Below, one piece after another: positions 40,922-57,529 of a DNA stretch of 64,000 bases (position 1 is its first letter; each line of letters opens with the position of its first letter). Location of the stretch: the NCBI GenBank assembly GCA_951406725.2, contig OX597835.1, positions 34,410,001-34,474,000 of the forward strand, read 5' to 3'. The DNA is from Octopus vulgaris. Its lineage: Eukaryota. The position numbers and the translations under genes were made by a program. The notes below the pieces were generated by a model. That model ran no database searches, was not told the DNA's origin, and saw nothing but the letters and a program-made list of their open reading frames with translations.

Positions 40922-41446
40922 GAGTGAGAGAGCAGTTCATGCCATCAAAGTGACACTGAGGTAAAATATACGAAGCCCAATATACCCATCATGACTACCC
41001 GTCTGATAAAGGTGCACCAGGCACATGCATCACAACCATATGTGCGCGACATGGTGATCTCATATCAAGATAAACAGCACATGACCTTGCAGGTGGGGCC
41101 CAGTTAGAATTTTCTTCAGGTTGAGTAGCCCATCCCGCTCAAACGGTCCCTGAATAAGGGTTGCTTAAGGATGTTGAAAGAACCACCCATGTTTCCAGAG
41201 GTGAACTATTCAAACCCCAAAGAATCCCTCTCAACACATGGCTATGATGCTCCCCAACTACTTCTGCTCGTGATCAGAGATGCACATATCGTCAGTCACT
41301 AAGGGACATGCTCAACTGGTTAAGGTCAAACAACTGACAAGCAAATCTGTGGTATTGAGCAGAATATTTCCTGTAGCCCATCTTTTATACCAAGACAAAA
41401 CAATGTACATGATAACACTTCCAATCAGTTAAGATCAGAAGCCATA

Positions 41447-41543
<97 letters not shown>

Positions 41544-41940
41544 GAGTGAGCTGTGTATGCCATCAAAGTGACACGGGGGTAAAGTATTCGAAGCCCAGTA
41601 TAACCATCTTTGATAAGGGTACACCAGGCACATGCATCACAACCATATGTGCGCGACATGGTAATTTCATATCAAGATAAACAGCGCATAACCTTGCAGG
41701 TGGGGCTCAGTTAGGATTTTCTTAAGGTTGGGTAGCCCATCCCGCCCAAAAGATCCCTGAATATGGGTTGTTTAAGGTTGATGATATGCATGTATATATA
41801 CATGCATATATGGATGCAGGACATCCAAAAAAAACGCTGAACACAATGAGAAATGAAAACATAAAAACAAAAACATAGAAACGAACTCTTTTTCAAGCAA
41901 CGAAAAAAACAGAGAAACGAGACATACAACCTAAAAAAAA

Positions 41941-42016
41941 TCCCCCTTTTCAGATGTCACTGTTTCATCTATTCCGCTATTCAAAGGTAAGGACAAGACG
42001 CGACTTCGTTGAAACA
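41941..42016 (-). ncRNA. Degenerate permuted hammerhead-like motif, family A
   Basis: Minus strand: UGUUUCA..CGC-GUC|UUGUC..CCUUU-GAAU..AUGAAACA..GACA u CUGAAAA-GGGGG. Core is mutated, stems partly retained. Confidence 0.45.
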
Positions 42017-42855
42017 ATCTTTCCCGCAATGCAAATTAAATAAAATTTGGGATTTTTTGCGGAGGGTGAAAGTGGTAACAAGAACAAGACAGGGAGAGCA
42101 AAACAGTAAAAGCAAACGATGAGGGTTGTTAAGCCAAGACGATGGAAAATTATTCTGAACGTTTAAGGAGACGAGCTTATGAAGAGACAGGATAAGCCCG
42201 TTTAGTCTTTGTGAAGGTAGTAGTCGGATCAACTGGAACTCTCGTCGTCGTAACCGACGGAGTGCCGCTATCATGTATATATATATAAACAAATATATAT
42301 TTATATACATATACTTATATACATGCCACGTGCGCATGCGTTGCCTACGACTCCCAAGTAAGAGGAGGTCAGTTGAACATGTCATTTATTATGGACGCAA
42401 GTTTATGTGCATGCACATTCGCATACACTTCCATGCATGCACCTCTTACACGTAATCCTATACACGTATAGACAGACGTATATACGCACACGGATATATA
42501 TATATATATATACATACACACATATGCACATATATACATACACACATATGCACATATACACACATATGTACATACACACACATATATATAATTATGTGTG
42601 AACTCTGCCACAAACATGTCAGTGAATATAGATTCTATATGTTAAGAAATGTAAACGACATTGTATGATAGTAAATGTTGTTCCATGTCGTCACCGGATA
42701 TCCTGTTTGCTCCTAACGTTGAATAGCTTACGGAATTGTGCAATCAGAGAAAAAGAAATAAACGGGTTTAATATATTAACAATTCACTGACTACCGAGAG
42801 CTGACACCCACGTTTGTTGACTATGCACAAATACAAACATATACAGTTGTGTATA

Positions 42856-42909
<54 letters not shown>

Positions 42910-42962
42910 TATATATATATACATACATATGTATATATATATATATATATATCCACAAAAAC

Positions 42963-43035
<73 letters not shown>

Positions 43036-43056
43036 TAGATAGATAGATAGACAGAC

Positions 43057-43147
<91 letters not shown>

Positions 43148-43214
43148 GTGACCGCGTGTGTACCGTTAGCGATTTTTTTCCTCTGTCTTCCCTTCTCTGG
43201 ATCTTTCCTTCTCC

Positions 43215-43286
43215 TATGTTTCCGACGAAGAGCTCCGCTCGAAACGTTAAACCCTCCTTCTTTCCTTCTTTCCTTAGCGTCCAATA
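43215..43286 (+). ncRNA. Type I hammerhead motif with an extra A after the core (CYGACGA-A-GAGC..GCUC-GAAA); related copies at 22243-22314 (+), 12831-12894 (-) and 36465-36500 (+, truncated)
   Basis: CCGACGA A GAGC ucc GCUC GAAA CGUUAA [pyrimidine loop] UUAGCG-UC|CAAUA. The 22243 copy has CGUU/AACG in stem III, consistent with pairing. Confidence 0.55.
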
Positions 43287-43632
43287 ATACTATATTTGTT
43301 CCACGTCCTCGCGTTGTTGTGTTTTTTTGTGCTTTCTTGTTTGGATTAACTTTATATATATATCTGTAAAAATAATATGTGGCAATTACTCGGTAGCCAA
43401 GATAAAACTCTGAGTTTCGGATGCCGAGGTGGAAATCCTTTGAGTTCAAATTCCGCCGAGGTCGACTTTGACTTTCATCCTTATGGGGTCGATAAACTAA
43501 ATACCAGTTGCGTACTGGGGTTGATCTAATCGACTAGCCCTCTCCCACAAAATTTCGGGCCTTGTGCCCAGAGTAGAAAAGAATGTAAGAACAGAAAATG
43601 TCTGGTGGTTCTCAAAACAACCACAGAATAGT

Positions 43633-43678
<46 letters not shown>

Positions 43679-43684
43679 AATAAA

Positions 43685-43735
43685 TAAGAAGAATAATAAG
43701 AAGAAGCAGAAGAAGAAGAAGAAGAAGAAGAAGAA

Positions 43736-43767
<32 letters not shown>

Positions 43768-43896
43768 CGAAGAAGAAGAAGAAGAAGAAGAAGAAGAAGA
43801 AGAAGAAGAAGAAGAAGAAGAAGAAGAAGAAGAAGAAGAAGAAGAAGAAGAAGAAGAAGAAGAAGAAGAAGAAGAAGAAGAAGAAGAAGAAGAAGA
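43685..43896. repeat. (GAA)n microsatellite
   Basis: About 70 units with few interruptions. Confidence 0.95.
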
Positions 43897-44289
43897 ATTG
43901 AGAATGAAAAGTAAAGAAAAAAGAGGCAGAAAAGAAAGCAAAAACAGAAAGGGAAAATTTATAAGCATATGACGAGAAAAAGGGCGAGCAAGATTTCGTG
44001 TAAGTTTCTTAAATTTAAGATGCAGCGTCGAAGTCCAACTCTTAGTTGTACGCTGAAAGGAAACGCGTATGAAATTGGGGGCGCTATGTTTTGAAAATAC
44101 ATAACAGCGTTGTAATTGGCAGATTGTAGGTAGATTAGTGTAGAAAGATAGATGCTGGCGTGGTAAATGGGAAGTTCAGATTGCAGATATAAATATATAT
44201 ATAAAGGCAAAATGAAGAAATCTAAAGTAAGCTTTAAAATAAATTGTTTTCGTTTCTGTGGTTGTTTTGAGAACCACCAGACATTTTCG

Positions 44290-45115
44290 GTTCTTTCATT
44301 CTTTTCTACTCTAGGCACAAGGCCCGAAATTTTGTGGGAGAGGGCCAGTCGATTACATGGAACCGAGTACGCAACTGGTATTTAATTTATCGACCCCATA
44401 AGGATAAAAAGCAAAGTCGACCTCGGCGGAATTTGAACTCAGAACGTGGCGGCAGACGAAATACCTATTTCTTTACTACCCACAAGGGGCTCAACACAGA
44501 GAGGACAAACAAGGACAGACAAAAGGATTAAGTCGATTACATGGACCCCAGTGCGTAACGGGTACTTAATTTATCGACCCCGAAAGGATGAAAGTCAAAG
44601 TCGAACATGGCGGACTTTCAACTCAGAACGTGGCGGCAGACGAAATACCGCTAAGCATTTCGCCCGGCGTGCTAACGTTTCTGCCAGCTCGCCGCCTTAG
44701 GTGTAATTAAATAATCGTTTCTACTCTAGACACAAGGCCCGACATTTTGGGGGAGGGGATTAAGTCGATTAAATCAATCCCCAGTACGCGACTGGTACTT
44801 ATTTATCGACCCCGAAAGGATGAAAGGCAAAGTCGACCTCGGCGGAATTTGAACTCAGAACGTAGCGGCAGACGAAATACCTATTTCTTTACTACCCACA
44901 AGGGGCTAAACACAGAAAGGACAAACAAGGACAGACAAACAGATTAAGTCGATTATATCGACCCCAGTGCGTAACTGGTACTTATTTAATCGACCCCGAA
45001 AGGATGAAAGTCAAAGTCGACCTCGGCGGAATTTAAACTCAGAACGCAGCGGCAGACGAAATACCGCTAAGCATTTCGCCCGGCGTGCTAACGTTTCTGC
45101 CAGCTCGCCGCTTTA
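44290..45115 (-). mobile_element. Two adjacent SINE family 2 dimers
   Basis: Reverse complement of the family 2 unit, four units in total. Confidence 0.82.
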
Positions 45116-46534
45116 GAAGTAATTAAATAATGACATGAGCGGCAAGGTACGAGCTGAAAGGTTAACACATCGTCCAAAAAGCTTAGCGGTATTTCTTTCA
45201 CCTCTTAACGTTCTAAGTTCAAATTCTGCTAAGGTCGACTTTGCCTTCCATTTCTTTGGTGGTCGATAAAATAGACTGTAGATACTTTGTATAAAAAGGC
45301 AAAATGGGGTGAACTAAAATAAACTTGAAAATAAAGTGTTGTTTTCGTTTTGAGATCCACCAGACATTTTTGGTTCTTACATTACCGCATGGCCGCATAC
45401 TCAGTTAGGTGGAGTAATTAAATAACGACATATTTGTAAGGAAGAACGTTGGGCAAAATAATTTGCGCCATTTCTTGCAGCTTTTTACATTCTGAGTTCA
45501 AATTCTGCTGAGGTCGACTTTGCCCTTCATCATTTCACGGTCGATTGAATAAAATAAATACCAGTTGAGCACTGGGGTCGATGTAATTGACGTAGCTCAA
45601 CCCCCGAAAGTGCTGGTCTTCTGCCAAAATTTGAAACCATTATCATTATTATTATTATTATTGAGTGAGAGAGCAGTACATGCCATCGAAGTGACACTGG
45701 GGTACAAATATACGAAGCCCAATACACCCATCATGACAACTCGTCTGATAAGAGTACGCTAGGCACATGCATCACAACCATGTGTGCGCGACATGGTGAT
45801 CTCATATCAAGATAAACAGCACATTACCTTGCAGGTGGGGCCCAGTTAGAATTTTCTTAAGGTTGGGTAGCCCATCCCGCTCAAAAGGTCCCTGAATAAG
45901 GATTGTTTAAGGAAGTACCAGTCAAGTATTGGGATAGATGTAATCGATTATACTCTCCTCTCAAAAATTGCTGGCATTTTGCCAAAATTTGAAATTATTT
46001 AAAAGGTGGCGAAACCCTTCCAGGGGTCGATAAAATAAAGTTGCAGTCAAGTACTGGAGTCGATGTAATAACTTCACATCAAAATTTCTGGCCTTAAACC
46101 CTGCAATGGACTGGCCTCCCAACGGACTTTGTCACTTATAAGTCATTGAAATCATGTAACCGGCTTTCTGGGACTCGAGAGAAAAAAATTGTTTGTGGTA
46201 ATTTGATTGAGCCGACCTGGGTATATGTTAGTTGCCTATTCTATTTACGTTTTTTTCTTGAGCCCTAAGGCACATAAAGCCGGTTACCCGGTTCCCACGA
46301 CGTATAAGTGTAGAAGTGGCCGAGATCACACTACTCTCCTTGAAGAGGGCACAAAGTCGATGCAGGGTTCAATGCCAGTAGTATTTGAGGATAAGAAGTA
46401 AGACGGTTACATCGACCCCAATACTTGATCGGTACATTGTTTAATCGGGTACGAAGGGATGAAATGAAAGGCAAAGTTGACTTCGGTGAGATTTGAACTC
46501 AGAAAGTAAAGAGGCAGAAGAAATGTCGTGTCTT

Positions 46535-46599
<65 letters not shown>

Positions 46600-46602
<3 letters not shown>

Positions 46603-46804
46603 GAGACAAAGCTCATGTTTGGTCCTTATTCCTGGTGGGATTTATGTGGATAGCGTGTTACTACCTTTAACTTTTGGTACCCACAAGTTTTCAGCAATCT
46701 TTCAAGTCCTTAGAACCTTCCTGATAATCCTTGCTGTTCCTACGAAGCAAACTTTCTGTTGGAGCTCTACCGGATATTCTTTCAATTTCCTTCAGCCATT
46801 TGTC

Positions 46805-46805
<1 letters not shown>
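46600..46805 (-). mobile_element. Short 3' fragment of an R4/Dong-like element
   Basis: Minus strand encodes VELQQKVCFVGTARIIRKVLRT*, homologous to the QK.ALLGTAHILRR terminus. Lies between (ATT)n tracts. Confidence 0.65.
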
Positions 46806-48425
<1,620 letters not shown>

Positions 48426-48993
48426 TAGCTCTGAGGAAATGAAACCCTACTGAGATTTGTACCCATAACTTTAGACAGACGTAACCAAATCTCCAAATGT
48501 AGCTCGATCACGTGCTCGACAATTTCTAGCATTCCACGCTTTAAAAAAAATTCAATTTAAATCAACAAGAGAAAGAGACACTGCTTAGTAGGTCGATATG
48601 CTGTAAATACCAGCTAAACTTCCTCGTTTTACACGTGACCATCGTAACAAAACAAGAAATTCGACAACATACCCACATAAAAAAGTACATACAAATATAC
48701 ATAGATACATACATACATACATGTATACATGCATACATACATGCGGAGGCGCGTGGCTTAGTGGTTAGGGTGTTGGACACATGATTGTAAGATTGTGGTT
48801 TCAGTTCTTGGACAGGGCGTTGCGTTGTGTTCTTTAACAAAAAACTTCCTTTCCCGTACCTCCAGCTACTCAGCTGGCACAAACGAGTAATCCTGTGAAG
48901 GACTAGCGTCCCTTCCAGGTGGGGGAATATATACGTCATAGACACAGGAAAACCGACACTTCTGAGTCGACAGGTGTTGAGGAGGTAACTTTG

Positions 48994-49025
<32 letters not shown>

Positions 49026-49099
49026 CATACATACATACATACATACATACATACATACATAGGCGCAGGAGTGGCTGTGTGGTAAGTAGCTTCTTACCA

Positions 49100-51137
49100 G
49101 ACAGACGTGCTGTTTTTTGCTCCGGCAAATGTCACGTGTTAACGTGAATTATTGAACATTTTACGGCAACAGGTAGGACATTTTGGATATTTTTGGAAGC
49201 ATAGTGAGGTTTATTGCTTGCCGTTAATACTTTTTTGGCATTAATGTTAATTAGTGTTAACACTTTTCTGCGCGTAATAAGCTTCACTTTGCTTCGGATG
49301 TATTTGTTCTGCCTGTTGGCGTATTTATTGTCTCACCTTTAGTGAGAATTGTGTATTTTGAAGAGGCATAGCCCCTCCTCAAAAATTAATTTGTTCGCTT
49401 GGATTTACCACGGAGAACCAATTGTGCTTGGATTTACCACGGAGAACCAAGTGTGCTGCAACTAGGAGTACCCTGTTTCGTGAGGATTACCAGTTGCCAT
49501 TATTTGAACTGTCTTCCTTCGTCCTTTTCTCTGTTCTGTCTTTCTGTTCTGTCATTGTATTTTTTTCTTATTGGACTTTGAACTTTTAGTTGAACTTTTT
49601 TTCAAAATCATGGCAACAAAAGAAACCACTGCTTTGGAATGGGAGGTTGTCCCACCCAAGCAGTGGATTGAAAGTCTTGAGAAAAGGACGGTGGTCCTAC
49701 GAACCTATTCTAGGTCGCGTGGAGCTATCGCCCTCTTCGACAGGAGCACCATAGAGAAAGAGTTGGGGGACCACCTACCAACGATAAAGTTTATTTCTCG
49801 GGGGAGTAAATTTGCAACGGTGTGGTTGCTGTTTGGTACCCCCGAGGAAGCTAGCAGATTTGCTAGCGAGCCACTGGAGGGAGAGGAAATTTTGTTCCTC
49901 CCCTCGTATTGTGGCAGAAAAGTAAAAAGAGCCTGGGTTTGTGGGCTGCCCCCGGGCACGGAGGCGGAATGGATCGAGAAGACCATCCGGCGAGGCCTGG
50001 GGGATAGCGGACCCAGGCTACTGAGTGTGAAAATGGCTCCCGCGGTCGCCTGGGAGGGGTCAAAGGCAACTTTGACCCTGTGGACACCGGTGGCCGTGGG
50101 AGAAATGAAATTCCCGGACTTCCTGAGAATGGCTGGGCACAGGTACCCGGTGATACTCGAGGGACGCCCCCCCCAAGTGTCACCTGTGCCTGAAGCCCGG
50201 ACATATCAAGAGGAATTGTCCCGGGGGCTGTGGTGGTGCCCCGGAGCATGAAGGGGAAAAGGCGCCCGCTGCCCCCTCATTGGAGGGGGAGACGGTGGAA
50301 GTCGTGGAGGAGGTTGCCTCCACGAAAAGAAAGAGACAGGCGAGCAACAATGGCTGCTCGCCAAAGAACGCTCAGGTGGCGGAGGGGGATAGCGATCCCC
50401 CGTGTCTGGTGACGGAGTCCCCTGGGTCAGCAGTCTCCCCCAAAAGAAGGAGGAGAAAAAGAAAGAAAGGTCGGGCGGTTGATATCCATGAGCCGCAGAC
50501 GTTGGCGGGAACTGTGCCGCCAACGAAAGAACTGAACGTATTGGTCCTCTTCTATAGAGGAGGAGAAATTGAAAAAAAATGATGGAAGAGTACCACAAGG
50601 GAGCTCCTTTAGCCTTCACACAGGACCCCGAATGGCCTCCGCAGATAGCTGTGGAGGCCGTGGCGTTCGACGTGACGCTTGGGCTAAAGGAGCTCAATGA
50701 AGATTATAGCTTGGTCCCGGGCGACGCGAACTCGGAACTTGATTACGTTCTGAGGGAGGCGTGTATGATGGTGGAGGGCGCGGGCACAAGCTATTTCGAG
50801 GACGATATGTAATTATTGAACTGTTAGTATTAATAATGGACTGCTAAGTCCAAAAATTGGAAAATTGAAAGAGGTTTAATACCTCGTTTTGCATTTTTAT
50901 TAATAATGGACTGCTAAGTCCAAAAATTGGAAAAAATTGTAAGAGGTTTAATACCTCGTTTTGTGTTTATCTTTAAAAAGAACAATGTTTTAGAGAAGCG
51001 AAAGTCGGCGGGCGCTTTTTGTCTTCTCCCATCCTTATCATCTGTCTTTCATTATCATTCACTTCATTAATGTCCTCGTCCAGCCCGCAAAGCTAACTTA
51101 ATCTGTGTACTGCCTTTATGGCAAATGTTTTGAAATA
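49100..51137 (+). mobile_element. ORF1-only L1/Tx1-like non-LTR element inserted in a tRNA-derived SINE head
   Basis: 5' UTR, gag-like ORF1 and 3' UTR ending in AATAAA (51134-51139). Imperfect TSD AAGTAGCT(T/AG)CTTACCA at 49084-49099 and 51138-51154. SINE sequence resumes exactly after the insertion. Confidence 0.78.
49610..50812 (+). pseudogene. Gag-like ORF1 with CCHC zinc knuckle, interrupted by homopolymer frameshifts
   Basis: MATKETTALEWEVV...RYPVILEGRPP, then after a one-base shift in the 8-C run KCHLCLKPGHIKRNC (C-x2-C-x4-H-x4-C, 50178-50219). Downstream basic stretch PKRRRRKRKK. GC-rich relative to flanks. Confidence 0.8.
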
Positions 51138-51269
51138 AAGTAGCTAGCTTACCAACCACATGGTTCCGGGTTCTGTCCCACTGCGTGGCAACTGTCTTCT
51201 ACTGGAGCCTCGGACCGACCAAAGCCTTGTGAGTGGATTTGGTAGACGGAAACTGAAAGAAGCCCGTCG

Positions 51270-51369
<100 letters not shown>

Positions 51370-51605
51370 TGTGTGTCTGTGTTTGTGTGTCTGTGTTTGT
51401 CACCCCACCATCGCTCGACTGGTGTGTTTACGTTCCAGTAACTTAGCGGTTCGGAAAAAAAGAGACCGATAGAATAAGTACTGGCTTACAAAGAATAAGT
51501 CCTGGGGTCAATTTGCTCGACTAAAGGCGGTGCTCCAGCAAGGCCGCAGTCAGATGACTGACACAAGAAAAATAGTAAAAGAGTATATATGCATACATGT
51601 AAACG

Positions 51606-51638
<33 letters not shown>

Positions 51639-51779
51639 ATGAATGTGTGTGTGTGTGTATATATATGCATATATAATTCAGGGTGAGTACTTGATAATTG
51701 TAAGCACCTGTATATACCGTTTGGTGGTGTAGGTGGTGGAGTAAATTAATCAAAATAAAAACATGATGCGAAGGATTCA

Positions 51780-51857
51780 GCGGTACATATGTTTCGGGCC
51801 TTTATTAGACGGATTTATAACAATGCATAATGTGTGTCTATGGCCTTCTTCAGCCGC
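51780..51857 (-). ncRNA. Type I hammerhead ribozyme (PLE-type)
   Basis: Near-identical reverse complement of 60746-60823 with intact CUGAAGA, GAAA and GUA. Confidence 0.78.
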
Positions 51858-54026
51858 GCACAACTACTACCTCAAGGACATGTATTACATCAAAAATTCT
51901 ACGTTGGGGATGCAAATCCTCTCATTCGCGTACGACATAATGCGGCAACAGCTTAAAAATGAGGCGTCCATCTCGTCCTTCTCTCAATGTAGAATGAGGA
52001 AGTTTGGATGTTGAGGTAATATAAATAAATGAATAAATAAATATATACATATAAATACAGACAGACGTGAAGGAACCTGGTAATAAGAGCAAATAGGGAT
52101 AAAGATGGAGGGGCGAGAATTCAGGACGAAGGATAAAAAAAATATATATAAAAAGTTTAAGTATAGAAAAATATAAAAATGTAGAGTATAAAGATATAAC
52201 GAGATATAGAAAGATATAAAAAATATAAAAACATATAAATGAATGTAGAGGTATAAAGTTATAAAAAAATTTTTTAATTTTAAAAAATTATAAAAATTTA
52301 AAAAATTTTAAAATTTATCAGAAGTATAAGGGATATAAGAGTGTAGGAATGTAAAAGAATATAAGGATAAGGGATATATAGCATTTACGGACCAAACATG
52401 GTGGTCAGGAAAATGACAAATTCTGGTTGTAGAAGCCTTGGGTGTCATAAATCAACCGGGGCGTCTGGGGACCTGGTGTATTGTAAATTAGAGTTGTTGA
52501 GCCGCTTATCTAGTTCTTCGTAACGTATTAAGTGGTCATCATGTACACACGTACACACATGGATACATACACCCATATACACACGCACATATACGCACGC
52601 ATACGCAACTACACGCATACAAGCATACATACGTACTCTCGTGTAAACATATACAGATATATATGGAAAAAGGCGCATGTAGTTGGTACACGAACCGACG
52701 CGCACACGTACGTACATACATACACTCACATGCGTTCTTATAGGCACACTCGCACTTACACGCATGTACAGGATGAAGTGAATCTCTATGCGTGTGGGCA
52801 GGAATATGTATACACCTGCACTCGCGTCCACCCTCACGCACATGGGGGAGTAGATCCCTATGCCTGTACACAAAGGTATGCATATGCACAGACACAGGTA
52901 TAACAAAGGGATCCGTTCTTGCACACGGGTAAGATATGGAGTCATAGTGGGTACATTAGGTTGACATGAACGTAAGAAACTTGCGGGCAAAAGATTTTAA
53001 CAGAATATGCATATATATACACGGACAATATACATATACATATATATATACACACACACACACATACGCATATATATATAACCATATATGTATATATATA
53101 CACATACACATATACACACATATACATACACACACATACACACACCCATACCCGCACACGCACATATATGTATGTGTGCATATATACACACCCACGTGTA
53201 CATACATACACGCATATATACATACCCACGGACCCACGCACACGTATCCACACGCACACACACACACATCTGTGTGTCTATACGTGCGTGTGCACATACA
53301 CTTACATACACATACACAGACACACACACATATATGTATAGATATAAGATATTAAAAGATGTATAAAAAAATGTATATAAGAAATCTACAAACGCATGTA
53401 AAAAAACGGACCCACGCACACGTATCCACACGCACACACACACACATCTGTGTGTCTATACGTGCGTGTACACATACACTTACATACACATACACAGACA
53501 CACACACATATAGGTATAGATATAAGATATTAAAAGATGTATAAAAAAATGTATATAAGAAATCTACAAAAGCATGTAAAAAAATTATACAATGGGCTTC
53601 TTTCAGTTTCTGTCTACGAAATCCATTCACAAGGCTTTGGTCGGCCCAGGGCTTGTTGTAGAAGGCACTTGTCCAAGGTGCAACGCAGTGGGATTGAACC
53701 GGGAACCATGTGGTCGTTCAGGAAGCAAACTTCCTACCACACAACTACTAAATAAATAAATGAACAAATGAATACTCTTTACTCTTTTGCTCTTTTACTT
53801 GTTTCAGTCATTTGACTGCGGCGATGCTGGAGCACCGCCTTTAGTCGAGCAAATCGACCCCAAGACTTATTCTTCGTAAGCCTAGTACTTATTCTATCGG
53901 TCACTTTTGCCAACCCGCTAGATTACGGAGATGTAAACACACCACCATCGGTTATCAAGCGATGTTGGGGGGAGACAAACACACACACACACACACATAC
54001 ACACACACATACACACACACACACAT

Positions 54027-54123
<97 letters not shown>

Positions 54124-54215
54124 TAAATGAAAGAATGGAGTCAAACGAAGATTTTAACAAAATTCCTTTACTCTCGACAGGATAATTCATTCACCTACTT
54201 ATATATATATGTATA

Positions 54216-54275
<60 letters not shown>

Positions 54276-54865
54276 TACGACAGGTTTCTTTCAGTTTCCG
54301 TCTATCAAATCCACTCACAAGGCTTTGGTCGGCCCGAGGCTGAAGTAGAAGACACTTGCCCAAGACGCAGTGGGACTGAACCCGGGACTACGTGGTTCGT
54401 AAGCAATCTACTTACCACACAGCCTCTCCTACGCCTATAGATAGATACATAAATATACTTTTACAATCCACATGAAATATGCCTTGTAATTACTTCCAAA
54501 TATGTCTTGTAATTACTTCCTAGTTTTTAACATTGTAAGCTATAACAAGTGTTATGATGTAAGACAAAAGCTATCGGGTTTATGAAACGAGGATTTGGTT
54601 ACAATGAAATTCTGTCATTCCACTTAAATTTGATGGTAAGGACGTTGGCACGAAGGCTATGAATATGTTACGTCTACATTTCTTTAAAATATAGGTCTCA
54701 AGATCTAACCTAGCCGACGTTTGTTATACATTAAAAAATGGGATAGTGGTTTTAATTTTTGGCACACGACCAGCAGTTTAAAATCTTGGGTTAAGCCGAT
54801 TACATTAATCCCAGTGCTCAACTGGTAAATTATTTTATCGATGCTGAAAGACAAAGTATATACAT

Positions 54866-54935
<70 letters not shown>

Positions 54936-55850
54936 TCCGTAGATTTTTATAGTGAAAACATATATACCGACAGAGAATTGAATCCGGAATCTGTCGAAGT
55001 CAAGCCAGTCCTTACGGAATTTGACCGTTCAGTATACAGAATTCTCGATTGGTGTTTTCGGATGACTATAGTCCCTATCTCTTACAAAGTGAAACCGGTC
55101 AAGTGAATAAAAATCTTTAAAATTGCATTTTCAAAGATATATATATATAGCTTGGAATGGTTTTATAGCTCTTTTGTGCTTTTATGCATGTAACGTATGG
55201 TATAATTATAAGCAGGTCAAATCTTAGGCATATCTCCGCAGACTCATAAAGTATGTTACTCATTTCCATGGCGACATCAGGCAGTTGCAGAGCCCATGGC
55301 CAGCAATTCTGAATGGGGGGAGGGGGTCAAGTTGATTACATCGACCCCAGTACTTGACTGGTGTTTTATTTTAATCGACCTCGAAGAGATGAAAGACGAA
55401 GTTGACTTCAGAGGATTCGAACACAATGTAAAAACCTAGAAGAAATGACGCTAAGCATTTTGTTCGACGCGCTAACAATTCTGCCATTTAGTCGCCTTTC
55501 TCTAGTCCTTTACTCGTAAATACTTAATCGAACCACCACCACCACTATCACCACCCAAAAAACGAAGGGTTCGTCACCCTTCAAAAATCAAAGGCGAAAT
55601 TTTCTCCTAAGAGATTGAACTCAAAACCTAATGAACAGCAACTAAGTCCATTGCCTGTACAGTAATGGTAACGTTACAGTTACTAATCCTGCGGCCACTG
55701 CCAATCCCACCGCCACCACTATCTTCGGTATCATACAACCAAACTACAAAGTCGACATTTGGTAGAGCTTAAACATGACAACCAGCTGTTTGCTCTCGAG
55801 TGTCACCTTACGCAGCACATGCACACATACACGCACACATATATGTATAC

Positions 55851-55905
<55 letters not shown>

Positions 55906-55918
55906 CATATATATATAT

Positions 55919-55950
<32 letters not shown>

Positions 55951-56098
55951 TTATATATGTATATATATAAATGTATGTATATGTATATATATATATATAT
56001 GTATGTATATATATGTATATATATGTATGTATATACACATACATATGCAAATATTTATGTATATATATATGTCCCAGTTTTTGCATTCTTTATGTATG

Positions 56099-56130
<32 letters not shown>

Positions 56131-56727
56131 CATACATACATATATTTATATATACACATACATACATTCACACTTACATACATGCATACATACATACAAA
56201 AATCCTTACGTATGTTTATATATACAAAGACTTATATATACAAAAAATGTACATGTATGTGTATGCACTCTTACACACATACATACACATGTATGCATAT
56301 AACCACGCTTTATGTGCACATTGCCACACATATATATAATTATACATACATACATCTTGCACATATGATTGGCCAGTTGTTGATGACGTAATACAGTGCA
56401 CGCTAGACGGGCACAATCGATATTTACTATCATAGCATAAAGGGTGAAAGGAGTTCTTATCTTCCTTATTGATCGTGTATATCTCTCTTATTGATCGCCA
56501 GTTGATGAATAGCAAAGCAGTGACCCTCTCGCGGGATGTGTACCTATACATGACTATCTGCCTGTATGATGAGTATATCTCTTCTAAGCTTCTGTTTAAG
56601 TTTCCGTTTAAATCCAGTTACTTTTGTTTCACATGGTAGTTTGTACACTGGTAGTTCCTATTCTAGAAACGTTCACCTAATCTCTCACGGTGTTATCAAT
56701 TTCGCTATTGAATATACACGTGATGTA

Positions 56728-57340
56728 AGGCGGCGAGCTGGCAGAAACGTTAGCACGCCGGGCAAAATGCTTCGCTGTATTTCGTCTGCCGCTACGTTCT
56801 GAGTTCAAATTCCGCCGATATCGACTTTGCCTTTCATCGTTTCGGGGTCGATTAAATAAGTACCACTTACGCACTGGGGTCGATATAATCGACTTAATCC
56901 GTTTGTCTGTCCTTGTTTGTCCTCTCTGTGTTTAGCCCCTTGTGGGTAGTAAAGAAATAGGTATTTCGTCTGTTTTTACGTTGTGAGTTCAAATTCCGCC
57001 GAGGTCGACTTTGCCTTTCATCCTTTCGGGGTTGATAAATTAAATACCAGTTACGCACTGGGGTCGATGTAATCGACTTAATCCATTTTTCTGTTCTTGT
57101 TTGTCCCCTCTGTGTTTAGCCCCTTGTGGGCAATAAAGAAATAAGCGTTAGCACGCCAGTTGAAATGCTTAGCTGTATTTCGTCTGCCGTTACGTTCTGA
57201 GTTCAAATTCCGCCGAGGTCGACTTTGCCTTTCATCCTTTCGGGGATCGATAAATTAAGTACCTGTTGCGTCCTGGGATCGATCTAATCGACTGGCACCC
57301 TCCCAAATATTTCGAGCCTTGTACCTAGAGTAGAAAAGAA
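56728..57340 (+). mobile_element. SINE family 2 trimer with TSD
   Basis: Three units, flanked by the direct repeat GAATATACACGTGATGTA (~56710-56727 and ~57338-57356). Confidence 0.82.
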
Positions 57341-57529
57341 TATACACGTGATGTATTTATTTCTTATCTTTTAATTAATCATTAAGTATGATTTAAGTGA
57401 TACGACGCAGCTCTCCAAAGATCGTCCGGACTGATCTTACGCCTCCGCCTCCGTTCCATCGTTTAGCATTGGTCGTCTTCAGCATCATGTGTTGATGTGA
57501 AGGAACTACATTGAGAGTGTACATGTACA

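Noticed and set aside
51763-52014. Repeated ORF MMRRIQRY... (also 60589-60840)
   Set aside because: It is the antisense of an HHR-bearing repeat, not a gene family.
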